DNA from: an uncultured Pseudomonadota bacterium
Lineage (GTDB): Bacteria > Vulcanimicrobiota > Vulcanimicrobiia > Eremiobacterales > Eremiobacteraceae
Length of the DNA stretch: 64,000 nt
Direction: 5' to 3'
NCBI GenBank assembly: GCA_963736005.1
Contig: CAVTNB010000001.1
Coordinates: 1,920,001 to 1,984,000, forward strand
The notes under the pieces are model-generated. The model did not search any database and was not told the DNA's origin. It worked only from the letters and a program-made list of their open reading frames with translations. Below are positions 29,187-39,290 of this stretch, one piece after another; position 1 is the stretch's first letter, and each line of letters starts with the position of its first letter. A program made the position numbers and the translations under genes.

Positions 29187-30181
29187 TCTTGGCCTCGCTG
29201 CTGGACGGATTGTTCGCCTTCGTACCCGTGCGTGCACTCGCAGTGATCTCGGGTTTGATCGTCGCGATCGCTGTTATTCCGTGGCTCATCAGCGCTCAGA
29301 AACGCCTGCATCTCGGACAGCAAGTCTACGATGATGCTCCGAAGACGCACGCGACAAAACAAGGAACCCCAACCATGGGTGGGGTTGCGTTCGTCTTGGC
29401 GGCGTTGGTTGGATGGATGCTGGGAGGTTTTCACAACTCGCTGCCGCTCATCGCGCTCGTGGTCGCTGCCGGGGCCATAGGGTTCATCGATGACCTGCTC
29501 ATCGTGCGCGGCCGACGCGCCCTTGGTTTGCGTGCGCGCGAAAAGTTTTCCCTGATCGCGGTTGCGGCGATCGCCTACGTCTTTTGGGTGTACAACACAG
29601 GCTTGGGTGGGCCCGAGCAGACGTGGTTTGGCGGCACCGCTTCGCTGCCACTGTGGCTGTGGAGTGGTCTGGCAGTGCTTGCCATCGTGGGTTCCGCGAA
29701 TGCGGTGAATCTTACCGACGGCCTTGATGGCTTGGCAGCTGGAGCGACCATTCCAACGCTGATTGGGCTCCAGCTCACCGCACAATATCTGGGCTTGCCG
29801 GGCGGGTCGACCACAGCAGATGCCGTGATTGGCGCGTTGCTTGGGTTCCTTTGGTTCAACCGACACCCCGCTCGCATTTTTATGGGCGATACCGGCTCGC
29901 TCGCCTTGGGAGCGCTTATCGCCGGCGTCGCGATCGAGTCCCATGCCCTGCTGCTGCTCCCTCTCTTTGGCATCGTCTTCGTTCTCGAAGCGCTCTCAGT
30001 CATTGCACAAGTCACAAGCTACAAGACAACAAGCCGTCGCATTTTCAAGATGAGTCCCTTGCATCACCACTTTGAACTCTCTGGTTGGCGCGAAACGGCA
30101 GTGACCTCAACGTTCGTCGCGTTTGCGGTGGTCGCCGCCGCTGCGACTTGGCTCACGTGGTGGTCGAGTAACAAGCTGTAG
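29183..30181 (+). CDS. mraY: Phospho-N-acetylmuramoyl-pentapeptide transferase
   Basis: KQGTPTMGG, GFIDD, NAVNLTDGLDGL, FMGDTGS, SPLHHHFEL. Confidence 0.98.
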   Translation: MILASLLDGLFAFVPVRALAVISGLIVAIAVIPWLISAQKRLHLGQQVYDDAPKTHATKQGTPTMGGVAFVLAALVGWMLGGFHNSLPLIALVVAAGAIGFIDDLLIVRGRRALGLRAREKFSLIAVAAIAYVFWVYNTGLGGPEQTWFGGTASLPLWLWSGLAVLAIVGSANAVNLTDGLDGLAAGATIPTLIGLQLTAQYLGLPGGSTTADAVIGALLGFLWFNRHPARIFMGDTGSLALGALIAGVAIESHALLLLPLFGIVFVLEALSVIAQVTSYKTTSRRIFKMSPLHHHFELSGWRETAVTSTFVAFAVVAAAATWLTWWSSNKL

Positions 30182-30201
30182 CAGCGGACCTTTTGGTTCG
30201 C
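30178..30201 (+). repeat. Family B REP whose GTAG supplies the mraY stop
   Basis: GTAG-CAGCGGACC-TTTT-GGTTCGC. Confidence 0.75.
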
Positions 30202-30227
30202 CCGCGAATCACATGTCGAAAAGAAGA

Positions 30228-31610
30228 ATGTACAACAAGAACGATTCGATCATCATTATCGGCCTCGGGCGTAGCGGACTTGCGACCGCGCGCGTGCTTC
30301 GCAAACGCGGCGTGTCGGTCGTAGCCTATGACGATAAACCACCTCACTTGCTCGGTTCGGAAAACGCCGCGCTCCTCAAAATCGGCGTTCCGCTCATCGG
30401 AGCCGGCGAGCTCGACGCGGCGGCGAAAACAGCAACCTGTGCCGTGATCTCGCCCGGCGTACCCCAGACCAACCGTGCGGTGCGGCAGTTGCAAGATGCA
30501 GGGGTGACGGTCATTTCAGAAATCGAGCTTGCCTATCAGCTGGCGTCTAGCCCGATCATCGCGGTCACCGGGAGCAAGGGGAAGTCCACGACCACCGCAC
30601 TCATCGGTCACATCCTCACGACGGGCGGGATCGCCAATCGCGTGGGCGGCAACATCGGCAATCCGCTCGTGCTCGAGACCGTTTCGGCTCCGGCGGACGC
30701 TTGGGTCGTGGCAGAGGTATCGAGTTTCCAGCTTGAGGGCATTCGCACGTTTGCGCCGCGCATCAGCGTTCTCCTGAACATTTCTCCAGATCACCTCGAT
30801 CGCTATCCTTCGATGGAAGAATACGCGGAAGCGAAGTTTCGCATCTTCGCAAATCAAAAAACGAAAGATTTCTTCATCGGCAACGCCGATGACGAGTATT
30901 GTGCGTGGCTGCGCAGCGGAGCGGGCAGAAGCATTCCGGCTCGCGCACTCTGGTTTGGCATGGAACCAACCGACCGTGGCCTCTCGATGACGATGTTAGG
31001 CGACGCGATCGTGCTTCGCGACAAGCGCCGCGAGGTACCCGTCGTTCACGCGCACGATCTGAAGATTCGCGGGAAACACAATGTCGCCAACGCCATGGCG
31101 GCAGCCCTGGCTGCTTTGAGCGCGGGGGTCAAGCTGGAATTCGTGCGCCAAGCCTTATCGACGTTCGAGCCACTGCCGCACAGGCTCACGCCCGTGCATC
31201 GCGCTTTTGGGGTCACGTGGATTGACGATAGCAAGGCAACCAACCCAGCGTCTGCGACGGCGGCTCTCGAGGCCATGGAAGCGCCAGTCATCCTCATCGC
31301 AGGGGGCAAGAGCAAGAAGACCGATTTCACAAATTTTGCCGCGGCGGCATCTCGCATCGCCAAACGGGTCATCCTCATCGGTGAAGCCGCTCAAGAAATT
31401 GGCGAGCTCGTCGAAGGACCGCCGGTCTGCTACGCTCGTGATTTGCAAACTGCGGTGATCGATGCCGCGGCTGCTGCACGCAAAGGCGATGTCGTCCTCC
31501 TGTCGCCCGCGTGTTCATCCTTCGATATGTTTGAAAGCGCCGAGCAACGCGGCGAACACTTCGCCAAGCTCGCTCGCGAATACGGCAATCATAACGTGGC
31601 CGCGTCGTGA
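30228..31610 (+). CDS. murD: UDP-MurNAc-L-Ala--D-glutamate ligase
   Basis: GLGRSG, SPGVP, TGSKGKSTT, GGNIG, EVSSFQL, DDSKATN, LSPACSSFD. The start may be 30213. Confidence 0.97.
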   Translation: MYNKNDSIIIIGLGRSGLATARVLRKRGVSVVAYDDKPPHLLGSENAALLKIGVPLIGAGELDAAAKTATCAVISPGVPQTNRAVRQLQDAGVTVISEIELAYQLASSPIIAVTGSKGKSTTTALIGHILTTGGIANRVGGNIGNPLVLETVSAPADAWVVAEVSSFQLEGIRTFAPRISVLLNISPDHLDRYPSMEEYAEAKFRIFANQKTKDFFIGNADDEYCAWLRSGAGRSIPARALWFGMEPTDRGLSMTMLGDAIVLRDKRREVPVVHAHDLKIRGKHNVANAMAAALAALSAGVKLEFVRQALSTFEPLPHRLTPVHRAFGVTWIDDSKATNPASATAALEAMEAPVILIAGGKSKKTDFTNFAAAASRIAKRVILIGEAAQEIGELVEGPPVCYARDLQTAVIDAAAAARKGDVVLLSPACSSFDMFESAEQRGEHFAKLAREYGNHNVAAS

Positions 31611-32743
31611 TCGATCGCCGGGCTCCCGATGCCTTGGTGCTGATCGTGACTGGGCTGCTGACTGCCATGGGCATCGTCATGGTCTTTTCTGCATCGTCTG
31701 CAGTGGCGTACATGCAATTTCACGACGCGGCCTACTATCTCAAGCGAGAGCTGCTGTGGGCTGCCGTCGGCGTTCTGGCGCTCGTCGTGGGCCTGCGCTT
31801 TGACTACGCAAAGCTGCGGCCGGCAGCCCCCTGGATTTTTGCGATCGCAATCGTGCTGCTTGTCGCAGTCTTGATTCCCAAGTTCGGCTTTATCGAGGGC
31901 GGCGCGCGGCGCTGGCTCTCGCTCGGCCCGTTCACGTTTGAACCCTCGGAGTTTGCCAAGCTCGCCCTCGTGCTTTTCTTGGCTGGCTTGTTTTCTGCTC
32001 GATCCGATGGCGCTGCGTCATTCGGGCGCGCAGGGTTTCCCGCGCTCTTTGCCGTCGGCTTGTGCTTTGCACTCGTCATGCGCGAGCCCGACCTCGGGAC
32101 TGCCTCGCTCTATCTCATGACGACCTTCGTCATGCTCTTCGTCGCCGGAGCGCCCCTCATGCAACTCGCGCTCGAAGGTGCAATCGCCGTGCCGGCGTTG
32201 CTGGCCTTCATCTATTCCAGCGCTTATCGCCGAACGCGTTTTCTCGCCTTCCTGCATCCCTGGAAAGATCCGCAGGGGACGGGTTATCACATCATCCAGT
32301 CGCTCTATGCGCTGGGTTCCGGCGGGCTCTTTGGGTTGGGTCTCGGACAGAGCCGTCAGAAGTTTGGATACTTGCCCGCTCAATATACTGATTTCATTTT
32401 CTCGATCATTGGCGAAGAGCTCGGATTCGTTGGGGCTGTCGCCGTCCTATTGCTCTTCTTGCTTTTTGCGTATCGAGGCGTGCGCATCGCCATGAGAGCC
32501 GAGGATCGTTTTGGATTCTACCTTGCAATCGGCCTGACTGCCTCGATCACGCTCCAGGCGCTCGTCAACATCGGCGTGGTGACCGCCTCGTGGCCAGTCA
32601 CGGGGGTGCCCCTTCCCTTCATTAGTTATGGCGGAACGTCGCTTGTGATCACCCTCTTTTCCGTCGGCCTGCTCGCGAGCGTTTCGCGGGGACGACGCAG
32701 AGCCGCGGCTTCACTGCCGACATCGCGGGCAAAGGTGTCGTAG
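31607..32743 (+). CDS. ftsW: SEDS peptidoglycan polymerase FtsW
   Basis: GARRW, EPSEFAK, EPDLGT, TDFIFSIIGEELG, GVPLPFISYGG. Confidence 0.96.
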   Translation: MIDRRAPDALVLIVTGLLTAMGIVMVFSASSAVAYMQFHDAAYYLKRELLWAAVGVLALVVGLRFDYAKLRPAAPWIFAIAIVLLVAVLIPKFGFIEGGARRWLSLGPFTFEPSEFAKLALVLFLAGLFSARSDGAASFGRAGFPALFAVGLCFALVMREPDLGTASLYLMTTFVMLFVAGAPLMQLALEGAIAVPALLAFIYSSAYRRTRFLAFLHPWKDPQGTGYHIIQSLYALGSGGLFGLGLGQSRQKFGYLPAQYTDFIFSIIGEELGFVGAVAVLLLFLLFAYRGVRIAMRAEDRFGFYLAIGLTASITLQALVNIGVVTASWPVTGVPLPFISYGGTSLVITLFSVGLLASVSRGRRRAAASLPTSRAKVS

Positions 32744-32745
32744 CG

Positions 32746-33933
32746 ATGCGCGTCCTTTTTTCGGGCGGTGGTACCGGAGGCCACCTGTATCCTACGCTCT
32801 CGCTCGCGCAAGCGCTCTTGCGTGGGCGCGAAGGGGTTTGCAAGCCCACGCAAAGCGAGGGAGCGCCGGTTGGCAACGGCAGCGCTTCGCTGCACGCGGT
32901 CCTCTTTGTCGGCGCACAGGGGAATATCGACGAACACCTGCTGACGCGCGACGATGTTCCTTACAAAACGGTGAGCAGCAAGCCGCTCTCTGGGCTGTCG
33001 AACGTGCGGGCAGCGCTGAATCTCGCAGGCAATGCGGCGGCGCTGGTGCAGGCAGTTCCGATCGTTTCGCATTTTCGCCCAGACGTCATCGTCGGTAGTG
33101 GCGGTTATGCATGCGCCCCCGCGATTCTCGCCGGCGCGATGTTACAGTCAAGTGGTGCTTTGCCGAATCTGCGTGTCATGCTGATGGAGCCCAACGTCAC
33201 GCCGGGTTTGGCCAACCGGCGACTGGCTCGCTATGCCAACCAAGTGTGGGGCGCTTATCCAGACTCGGACACGTCCAAGCACTTTGGGGAGAAGTTTGTG
33301 CTCACCGGGATTCCGGTGCGAGCCGATCTCTACACGCCCATGTCCAAAGCGCAAGCGCGCCAGAGCCTCGGCTTGGACCCCAACCGTTTTACCGTACTGA
33401 TCTTCGGCGGCAGCCAGGGCGCGCGCAGCATCAACGTTGCGACGAGCGGCATGGTGGCACGGCGGCGGCTGCCGGGGGATTGGCAGATCTTACACCTCAC
33501 CGGGGAGCGAGATTACGAATGGATGCTCGCGGAGCGAAAAACCGAGCCGAACGAAAACCGGTATATGGCAAAGGCGTATTTGGATAACATGGCGCTCGCG
33601 TACTGGGCGGCCGATCTCGCTGTCAGTCGTTCCGGAGCATCAACGTTGGCCGAAATCTGCACAGTCGGGCTGCCGGCGATTCTTATACCGTACCCGCACT
33701 CGAGCGAGAACCATCAACGCGCGAATGCGAAGTACTTTGTCGATCGAGGAGCTGCTCACACCATGCAAGATGGGGCGCTGACCCCCGATTCGCTGTACTG
33801 GATGCTCGTCGACGTCGCCGATCCTGAGAAGCTTTCCGCGATGACCGAGAAACTGCGACGGCTGGCACACCCGCAGGCGGTGGAAACCATGCTCAATCGC
33901 CTCCTCGACAACCATGTAGCGGCGGATCGATAA
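32746..33933 (+). CDS. murG: Lipid II GlcNAc transferase MurG, with an N-terminal insertion
   Basis: GGGTGGHLYP, GSGGY, GGSQGA, SRSGASTLAE, HQRANA. Confidence 0.96.
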   Translation: MRVLFSGGGTGGHLYPTLSLAQALLRGREGVCKPTQSEGAPVGNGSASLHAVLFVGAQGNIDEHLLTRDDVPYKTVSSKPLSGLSNVRAALNLAGNAAALVQAVPIVSHFRPDVIVGSGGYACAPAILAGAMLQSSGALPNLRVMLMEPNVTPGLANRRLARYANQVWGAYPDSDTSKHFGEKFVLTGIPVRADLYTPMSKAQARQSLGLDPNRFTVLIFGGSQGARSINVATSGMVARRRLPGDWQILHLTGERDYEWMLAERKTEPNENRYMAKAYLDNMALAYWAADLAVSRSGASTLAEICTVGLPAILIPYPHSSENHQRANAKYFVDRGAAHTMQDGALTPDSLYWMLVDVADPEKLSAMTEKLRRLAHPQAVETMLNRLLDNHVAADR

Positions 33934-33938
33934 TGCAT

Positions 33939-33963
33939 GTAGAGGGCGACTGTAAAGTCGCCC
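33939..33963 (+). repeat. Family A REP between murG and murC
   Basis: GTAG-A-GGGCGACT-GTAA-AGTCGCCC. Confidence 0.85.
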
Positions 33964-34011
33964 ACCTTCGGAAAGGGCTCGTCAACACTTGAGCCAAAAG
34001 CGGATATCGAC

Positions 34012-35433
34012 ATGATGCGTTCGCACCGGCACGTTCATTTTGTTGGCATCGGCGGCATTGGCATGAGCGCGATCGCGCGCGTCCTGCTGGCGCTGGGTGT
34101 GGGCGTGTCCGGCTCCGATCTCAAGATGAACGGAACGCTCGAGAAACTGCGCGGCTTGGGTGCAACGGTGACGTTCGGCCACGCTTCCGAAAACATCAAG
34201 GGCGCGGACGCCGTCGTGATTTCATCGGCCATTCCCAGCGACAATCCCGAAGTCATCGCCGCTCAAAAAGCCGGCATCCCAGTCATGCAGCGCGCCGAGA
34301 TGCTGGCGGAAATCATGGCAGACAAAAAGGGCATCGCGGTCTCAGGCACGCACGGCAAGACGACAACGACCTCGATGATCGCTTCGGTGCTCGATGCCGG
34401 GGGCATGGCGCCGACGGTGCTCATCGGCGGGGAAGTCAACGATCTCGGTGCCAACGCGCGTTTGGGGTCCGGCGACATCGTCGTGGCAGAGGCGGACGAA
34501 AGCGATGCCTCGTTTCTGCGGCTGCGCCCCACCTGCGCCGTCGTCACGAATATCGAGAACGATCATCTCGGCTACTATCGCGATCTCGAGCATCTCATCG
34601 AGACGTTCACGGCCTTCATCGAGCGGGTGCCGCCGGATGGCTGCATCGTTGCCTCCGCCGACTGCGCGGCTGTGGCAGAGCTATTGCGCAGATTCCGTCA
34701 AGCACCGAGTTTACTTGGCGATCCCACGATAGTCACCACAGGTTTTGATGCTGCCGCGGACATACGGGCTGTCGACCCCGAGCTTGCGGATTTTGGTTCG
34801 TCTTTTAGCGTTGTTACCGGAAACAAAACGCTGGGGGAGATCGTGCTGCGGGTGCCTGGCCTTATCAACGTGTCGAACGCGCTGTGCGCGGTGGCTGTAG
34901 GACTGCGCTGCGGTGTCAGCTTCGACGTGATCGCGCGGGCGCTTGCGCGTTTTCGCGGCGTGGCGCGGCGCTTCCAAGTTCTGTACGAAAGCGGATCGCT
35001 GATGATCGTCGACGATTACGCGCATCACCCCACCGCCGTCCAAGAGACGATTGCGGCGGCGCGGGCGTACTGGCCGGGTCGATTGGTTGTCGCTTTTCAA
35101 CCCCACCGCTACAGCCGCACGGCGTACCTCGTGCGTGATTTCGCCCGCGCCTTGTTGCGCGCGGACGAGATCGTGGTCGCTGATATTTACCCAGCGGGCG
35201 AACTTCCGCTGCCGGGCGTACGCGCCGAATCTATCGTCGATTTCATCGCCGACCTCGATCAACAAAAAAGCGCAATTCATCTTCCCAAACCCGCTGATGT
35301 CCTGGCCTACCTGCAACGAACGATCAAGTCAGGCGACCTCGTGCTGACGCTCGGAGCAGGCGACATTGGCGGCGTTGCGCACGAACTTGCGGCGGGTCTG
35401 TCTGCCGCCGATGCCGGCGTCGCAAATCTCTAG
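34012..35433 (+). CDS. murC: UDP-MurNAc--L-alanine ligase
   Basis: HFVGIGGIGMS, GTHGKTTT, EADESD, DDYAHHPT, FQPHRYSRT, LGAGDI. Confidence 0.98.
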   Translation: MMRSHRHVHFVGIGGIGMSAIARVLLALGVGVSGSDLKMNGTLEKLRGLGATVTFGHASENIKGADAVVISSAIPSDNPEVIAAQKAGIPVMQRAEMLAEIMADKKGIAVSGTHGKTTTTSMIASVLDAGGMAPTVLIGGEVNDLGANARLGSGDIVVAEADESDASFLRLRPTCAVVTNIENDHLGYYRDLEHLIETFTAFIERVPPDGCIVASADCAAVAELLRRFRQAPSLLGDPTIVTTGFDAAADIRAVDPELADFGSSFSVVTGNKTLGEIVLRVPGLINVSNALCAVAVGLRCGVSFDVIARALARFRGVARRFQVLYESGSLMIVDDYAHHPTAVQETIAAARAYWPGRLVVAFQPHRYSRTAYLVRDFARALLRADEIVVADIYPAGELPLPGVRAESIVDFIADLDQQKSAIHLPKPADVLAYLQRTIKSGDLVLTLGAGDIGGVAHELAAGLSAADAGVANL

Positions 35434-35445
35434 CGCGGCTGTCGA

Positions 35446-36366
35446 ATGAGCACCGCATCCTCGATTCCAGGTCTGGCGGTACGCGCATCTGACCGCGATC
35501 GGTTGCGAACCATGCTTGGTGATTCGGTAAGCTTCGACGAACCGATGGCTCCCAAGACCTCCATGCGAGTGGGCGGCAACGCGGCGGCATATGCCGGCGT
35601 TTCGAATACCAAAGACCTCGTGGCCTTGCTGCAGCTGTGCAGCGCGGAGCGAATTGCCTGGACCGTTCTTGGTCTTGGCAGCAACGTTGTGGTGCGCGAT
35701 GAGGGCTTTGCCGGCGTCATTATCCGTCTCGTCGGCGACTTCACGCGCATTGCCGTCGATGGAAACCTCGTTCGAGCCGGTGGTGCGGCTCCGATCGTTT
35801 CGCTGTGTCGAGAAGCAGCGAAGGCAGGGCTCGAAGGCGCCGAAGCGCTCGTGGGAATACCGGGGACCGTCGGTGGAGCAATTCGCATGAACGCGGGAAC
35901 CAAGGTCGAAATCGGTGCTCTCGTGCGCAGCGTCGAGGTTGTTGTGGCCGGTGAAAACGTGCAAACCTTGACCCTTCCAGAATTTGCCTACCGCAGCTCG
36001 ACGCTCGACCGCACGGCCGTCGTGTGTTTCGCGGAATTGGAACTTCAAGCAGGCGATAAGGCGGCCGTGCAGGCACGTCTGCGCGAATACATTGACCGCC
36101 GAAACGCGACTCAGCCTCTCGAGTTGCCAAACTCGGGCAGCATCTTTCGGAATCCACCGGGCGACTTTGCGGCCCGGCTTATCGAGACTGCCGGATGCAA
36201 AGGCATGCGCATCGGGGGCGCAGAGGTTTCAAGCAAGCACGCGAACTTTATCGTCAATCGGGGCGGCGCGACCAGCGCGGACGTCGTTGCTCTCATGGCG
36301 CGCGTTCGCGAAGCGGTCAAGAACAAGCACAGCGTGGACTTGGAACCCGAAGTTCAAATTCTCTAG
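35446..36366 (+). CDS. murB: UDP-N-acetylenolpyruvoylglucosamine reductase
   Basis: GLGSN, GIPGTVGGAIRMNAG, YRSS, SGSIFRNP, KHANFIVN, LEPEV. Confidence 0.97.
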   Translation: MSTASSIPGLAVRASDRDRLRTMLGDSVSFDEPMAPKTSMRVGGNAAAYAGVSNTKDLVALLQLCSAERIAWTVLGLGSNVVVRDEGFAGVIIRLVGDFTRIAVDGNLVRAGGAAPIVSLCREAAKAGLEGAEALVGIPGTVGGAIRMNAGTKVEIGALVRSVEVVVAGENVQTLTLPEFAYRSSTLDRTAVVCFAELELQAGDKAAVQARLREYIDRRNATQPLELPNSGSIFRNPPGDFAARLIETAGCKGMRIGGAEVSSKHANFIVNRGGATSADVVALMARVREAVKNKHSVDLEPEVQIL

Positions 36367-36372
36367 CCTTCC

Positions 36373-37308
36373 ATGACCAAACCAACGATCGCTGTGCTCA
36401 TGGGCGGCAACTCCGCGGAACGCGAGATTAGTTTGCAAACGGGTGCCGGGGTGAGCGAGGCCCTTGCGTCGCTTGGTTACCCTGCAAAACACTTTGACTA
36501 TGACGGCGGCCTTGTGGAGGCATTGCAGCGCGCCAAGCCAGCGGCGGTTTTCAACGCGCTTCACGGAGGAGCCGGCGAAGACGGCACGGTGCAAGCACTG
36601 CTCGATTGGCTAGGCATCGGTTATCAAGGATCGGGTGTGCGCGCGTGCGCCGTCGCGATGGATAAGTGGCAGACGAAAGCCCTCTTGGTTGCAGAGGGCC
36701 TGCCCTGCCCGCGCGGGATACGATTGCGCGCTGCCGATGCTGCATCGTTTCCCGTCCTGGAGAAATTCGGTTTGCCGTGCGTTGTCAAACCAAGCGCGCA
36801 AGGTTCGGCAGTTGGGGTGGGCCTAGTGCGCGCGCCGAGCGACTGGCCCGCAGCGGTCGCAAACGCTTCAATCGGCGCCGCTGACATTCTCGTTGAGGAG
36901 TATATTGAAGGGCGAGAATTTACGGTTGCGATTTTGGGCGACGAAGCGCTGCCCCTCGTCGAGATCACGCCGCACGACACATTTTACACCTATCGCGCCA
37001 AGTATACTGTGGGTGGTAGTACGCACACCGTGCCTGCCGCGCTCGAGCCTGCTTTGGCAACATCCATGCAACGCGATGCGCTCGCGCTCCACCGCGCGCT
37101 CGGAGCAAGAGATTATTCTCGCGTCGACATTATGTTGAGGACATCCGGCCACTATGCGATATTGGAATGCAATACGCTCCCGGGTCTCACGCCCTTAAGT
37201 CTCTTCCCGGATGCCGCTCGCGCTGCGGGAATCCCGTATGACACTTTGATCGAACGATTGCTCTTGTGCGCGTTGTCACGCTCATCGGGTCGCTTCAGCG
37301 TTCTTTGA
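36373..37308 (+). CDS. ddl: D-alanine--D-alanine ligase
   Basis: GGNSAEREISL, LHGGAGEDG, GSAVG, EEYIEGRE, YTYRAKY, ECNTLPG. Confidence 0.97.
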   Translation: MTKPTIAVLMGGNSAEREISLQTGAGVSEALASLGYPAKHFDYDGGLVEALQRAKPAAVFNALHGGAGEDGTVQALLDWLGIGYQGSGVRACAVAMDKWQTKALLVAEGLPCPRGIRLRAADAASFPVLEKFGLPCVVKPSAQGSAVGVGLVRAPSDWPAAVANASIGAADILVEEYIEGREFTVAILGDEALPLVEITPHDTFYTYRAKYTVGGSTHTVPAALEPALATSMQRDALALHRALGARDYSRVDIMLRTSGHYAILECNTLPGLTPLSLFPDAARAAGIPYDTLIERLLLCALSRSSGRFSVL

Positions 37309-37335
37309 CACCCCCGCCTCCTGCCGAAGTATAGT

Positions 37336-37361
37336 GTAGGGGGCGATTGGAAAATCGCCTC
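37336..37361 (+). repeat. Family D REP
   Basis: GTAG-GGGGCGATT-GGAA-AATCGCCTC. Confidence 0.82.
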
Positions 37362-37382
37362 ACGCTCGAGGTGTAACAACAG

Positions 37383-38117
37383 ATGCTGGGCGAGTTTTGG
37401 TCGGAACTTTTCAAAAGCGTCGGCGGCGTCCTAGGTGGCAGCCAGCGCGAGTTTGTCTTTACCGATCAAGGGGATCTCTCGCCTGAAGCGTTCGCCGAAC
37501 AAGCGGCGAGTCAAACGGGTACGCTCGCGGCGCCTCCGATGTGGGTCCAGGCCAAGACGCAAATCGAGGCGCTGCAAAAAGCTGATCCGAACTTCATCGA
37601 ATCAGACTTTTTAGTGCAGGCGTCAAAAACATTTGGCGCAGCGCTTGCGGCTGAGGGGGCCATGGATGCCTCGCCAATCACGGCGCTCGTCACGCCAACA
37701 TTCTTGCAATCTTTCCAACAGCGCATCGATCATTGGCGTAGCGGTGGGTTCACAAGAACCGTTGGTGACGTCAAGCTCGATCCGCCAGCGACCCTCAAGG
37801 TAACAGTTGGCGGCGAACAGGAAGCGATCACCGTTCGATTCACCGGCAGCGCGAAGCGGTTTACGAAAGAAGACATGACCAATCTTCTGACCGAGGGAAG
37901 CGCCCAGTCCGATTCATTTACCGAATTTGCAACCTTTGTGCGGCCGGCCGGTTCGACGACGCCGCAGAGCACGGCGGTTGGGGCTCCGAGCCACTGCCCC
38001 TCCTGTGGCGCGCCAGTCGACAGTGGCGCAATGAAGTGCGCGTTTTGTGGCGCACCGCTGACCGGCACGGGTGGCACGTGGTTGCTCGATAAGCTGAGCG
38101 CCTCCGCATACACGTAA
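37383..38117 (+). CDS. Tim44-like domain protein with C-terminal zinc ribbon
   Basis: LQKADPNF..SDFL, ITVRF, FTEFATFVR, CPSCGAP...KCAFCG, WLLDKL. Confidence 0.75.
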   Translation: MLGEFWSELFKSVGGVLGGSQREFVFTDQGDLSPEAFAEQAASQTGTLAAPPMWVQAKTQIEALQKADPNFIESDFLVQASKTFGAALAAEGAMDASPITALVTPTFLQSFQQRIDHWRSGGFTRTVGDVKLDPPATLKVTVGGEQEAITVRFTGSAKRFTKEDMTNLLTEGSAQSDSFTEFATFVRPAGSTTPQSTAVGAPSHCPSCGAPVDSGAMKCAFCGAPLTGTGGTWLLDKLSASAYT

Positions 38118-38162
38118 AGCCCAGGTATTCGCGCGTAAGCCCAAAAAGACCGAAGCTTCCCA

Positions 38163-39290
38163 ATGCGCATTGGTAAAATCTTCGGCATTGACATCGTCAT
38201 CAACCTCAGTTGGCTGTTCATTTTTGCATTCGTCGCTTGGGCGCTCGCAGACGTCGGACCATTCCGTGGCATCAGCCTGGCGCCATTCCAACGCGTTACC
38301 CTCGGCATCATCACGGCGCTGTTCTTTTTTGCCAGTGTCCTCGTGCATGAGCTTGCGCACTCGTTGGTCGCGCGGAAGCGGGGCATACCGATAAAGCAGA
38401 TCACGCTCTTCATGTTTGGCGGCGTCTCGAGCTTGGAAGGCGAACCGAGCACCGCACCCGTCGAAGCATGGATTGCCTTTGTCGGACCGTTGACGAGCAT
38501 CATCATCGGCGTGGTTTTCTTCGCGTTGAGCCTCCTTATGGGGCCAGCGTCGCCGCTTGGTCTGGCAACCGAATATCTCGCCTTCGCAAACTTCGTCCTG
38601 GGCGTTTTCAACTTGCTCCCCGCGTTTCCGCTGGATGGCGGACGCGTGCTCCACGCGCTAGTTTGGCGATGGACAAAAAGCCGTTATCGTGCAACCCAGA
38701 TCGCTGCCACCACTGGACGAATTGTTGCTTGGCTCTTCGTCATCTACGGTGCATTTGTCGTACTCTACTACGGCATGAATTCTGCTTTCTCTGGGCTATG
38801 GCTCATCTTCATTGGATGGTTTTTGCTGCAAGCCGGCGGCGCAGAGCGAATGCACGCCGAACTCGTGCACGCTCTCGCTGACCTGACGGCCAAAGATATC
38901 GCTGAGGCGCCTCCGCAGGCGCTTGCGGCCGATGCAAGAGCTGACGCCGCGCTTCAGTTGATGATGAAGACAGGCCATCGGGCGTTTCCCGTCATGCTCG
39001 GGGACCAGCTCCTCGGCATTCTGAGCATGAGCGATTTTGCGAAGCTCGGCGACCGCGGGCCGGCTGAAGCCTATGTCACCTCGTTGATGACCCGCGTCGA
39101 AGATCTCAAGACAGCGTCGCCGACAACCAAAGCCACCGAGGTCTTGAAAATGCTCTCACAAACGGGTCTCGGTCAGATTCCCGTGATGGATGAATCAGGC
39201 GTCCTGCTCGGCTTCGTCACAAGAGAGAATATTCTGCGGCGGCTTCCGTTGCGCCGCGAACTCGATCGCGTGCAACCAGCCCAAATGTAG
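38163..39290 (+). CDS. Site-2 protease (M50) with CBS domains
   Basis: HELAH, FNLLPAFPLDGGR, C-terminal CBS pair. Confidence 0.95.
   Translation: MRIGKIFGIDIVINLSWLFIFAFVAWALADVGPFRGISLAPFQRVTLGIITALFFFASVLVHELAHSLVARKRGIPIKQITLFMFGGVSSLEGEPSTAPVEAWIAFVGPLTSIIIGVVFFALSLLMGPASPLGLATEYLAFANFVLGVFNLLPAFPLDGGRVLHALVWRWTKSRYRATQIAATTGRIVAWLFVIYGAFVVLYYGMNSAFSGLWLIFIGWFLLQAGGAERMHAELVHALADLTAKDIAEAPPQALAADARADAALQLMMKTGHRAFPVMLGDQLLGILSMSDFAKLGDRGPAEAYVTSLMTRVEDLKTASPTTKATEVLKMLSQTGLGQIPVMDESGVLLGFVTRENILRRLPLRRELDRVQPAQM

Noticed and set aside
37305..37335. TTGACA...TATAGT promoter after ddl, possibly MerR-type
   Set aside because: The spacer is 19 bp with no clear dyad inside it; too weak to call.
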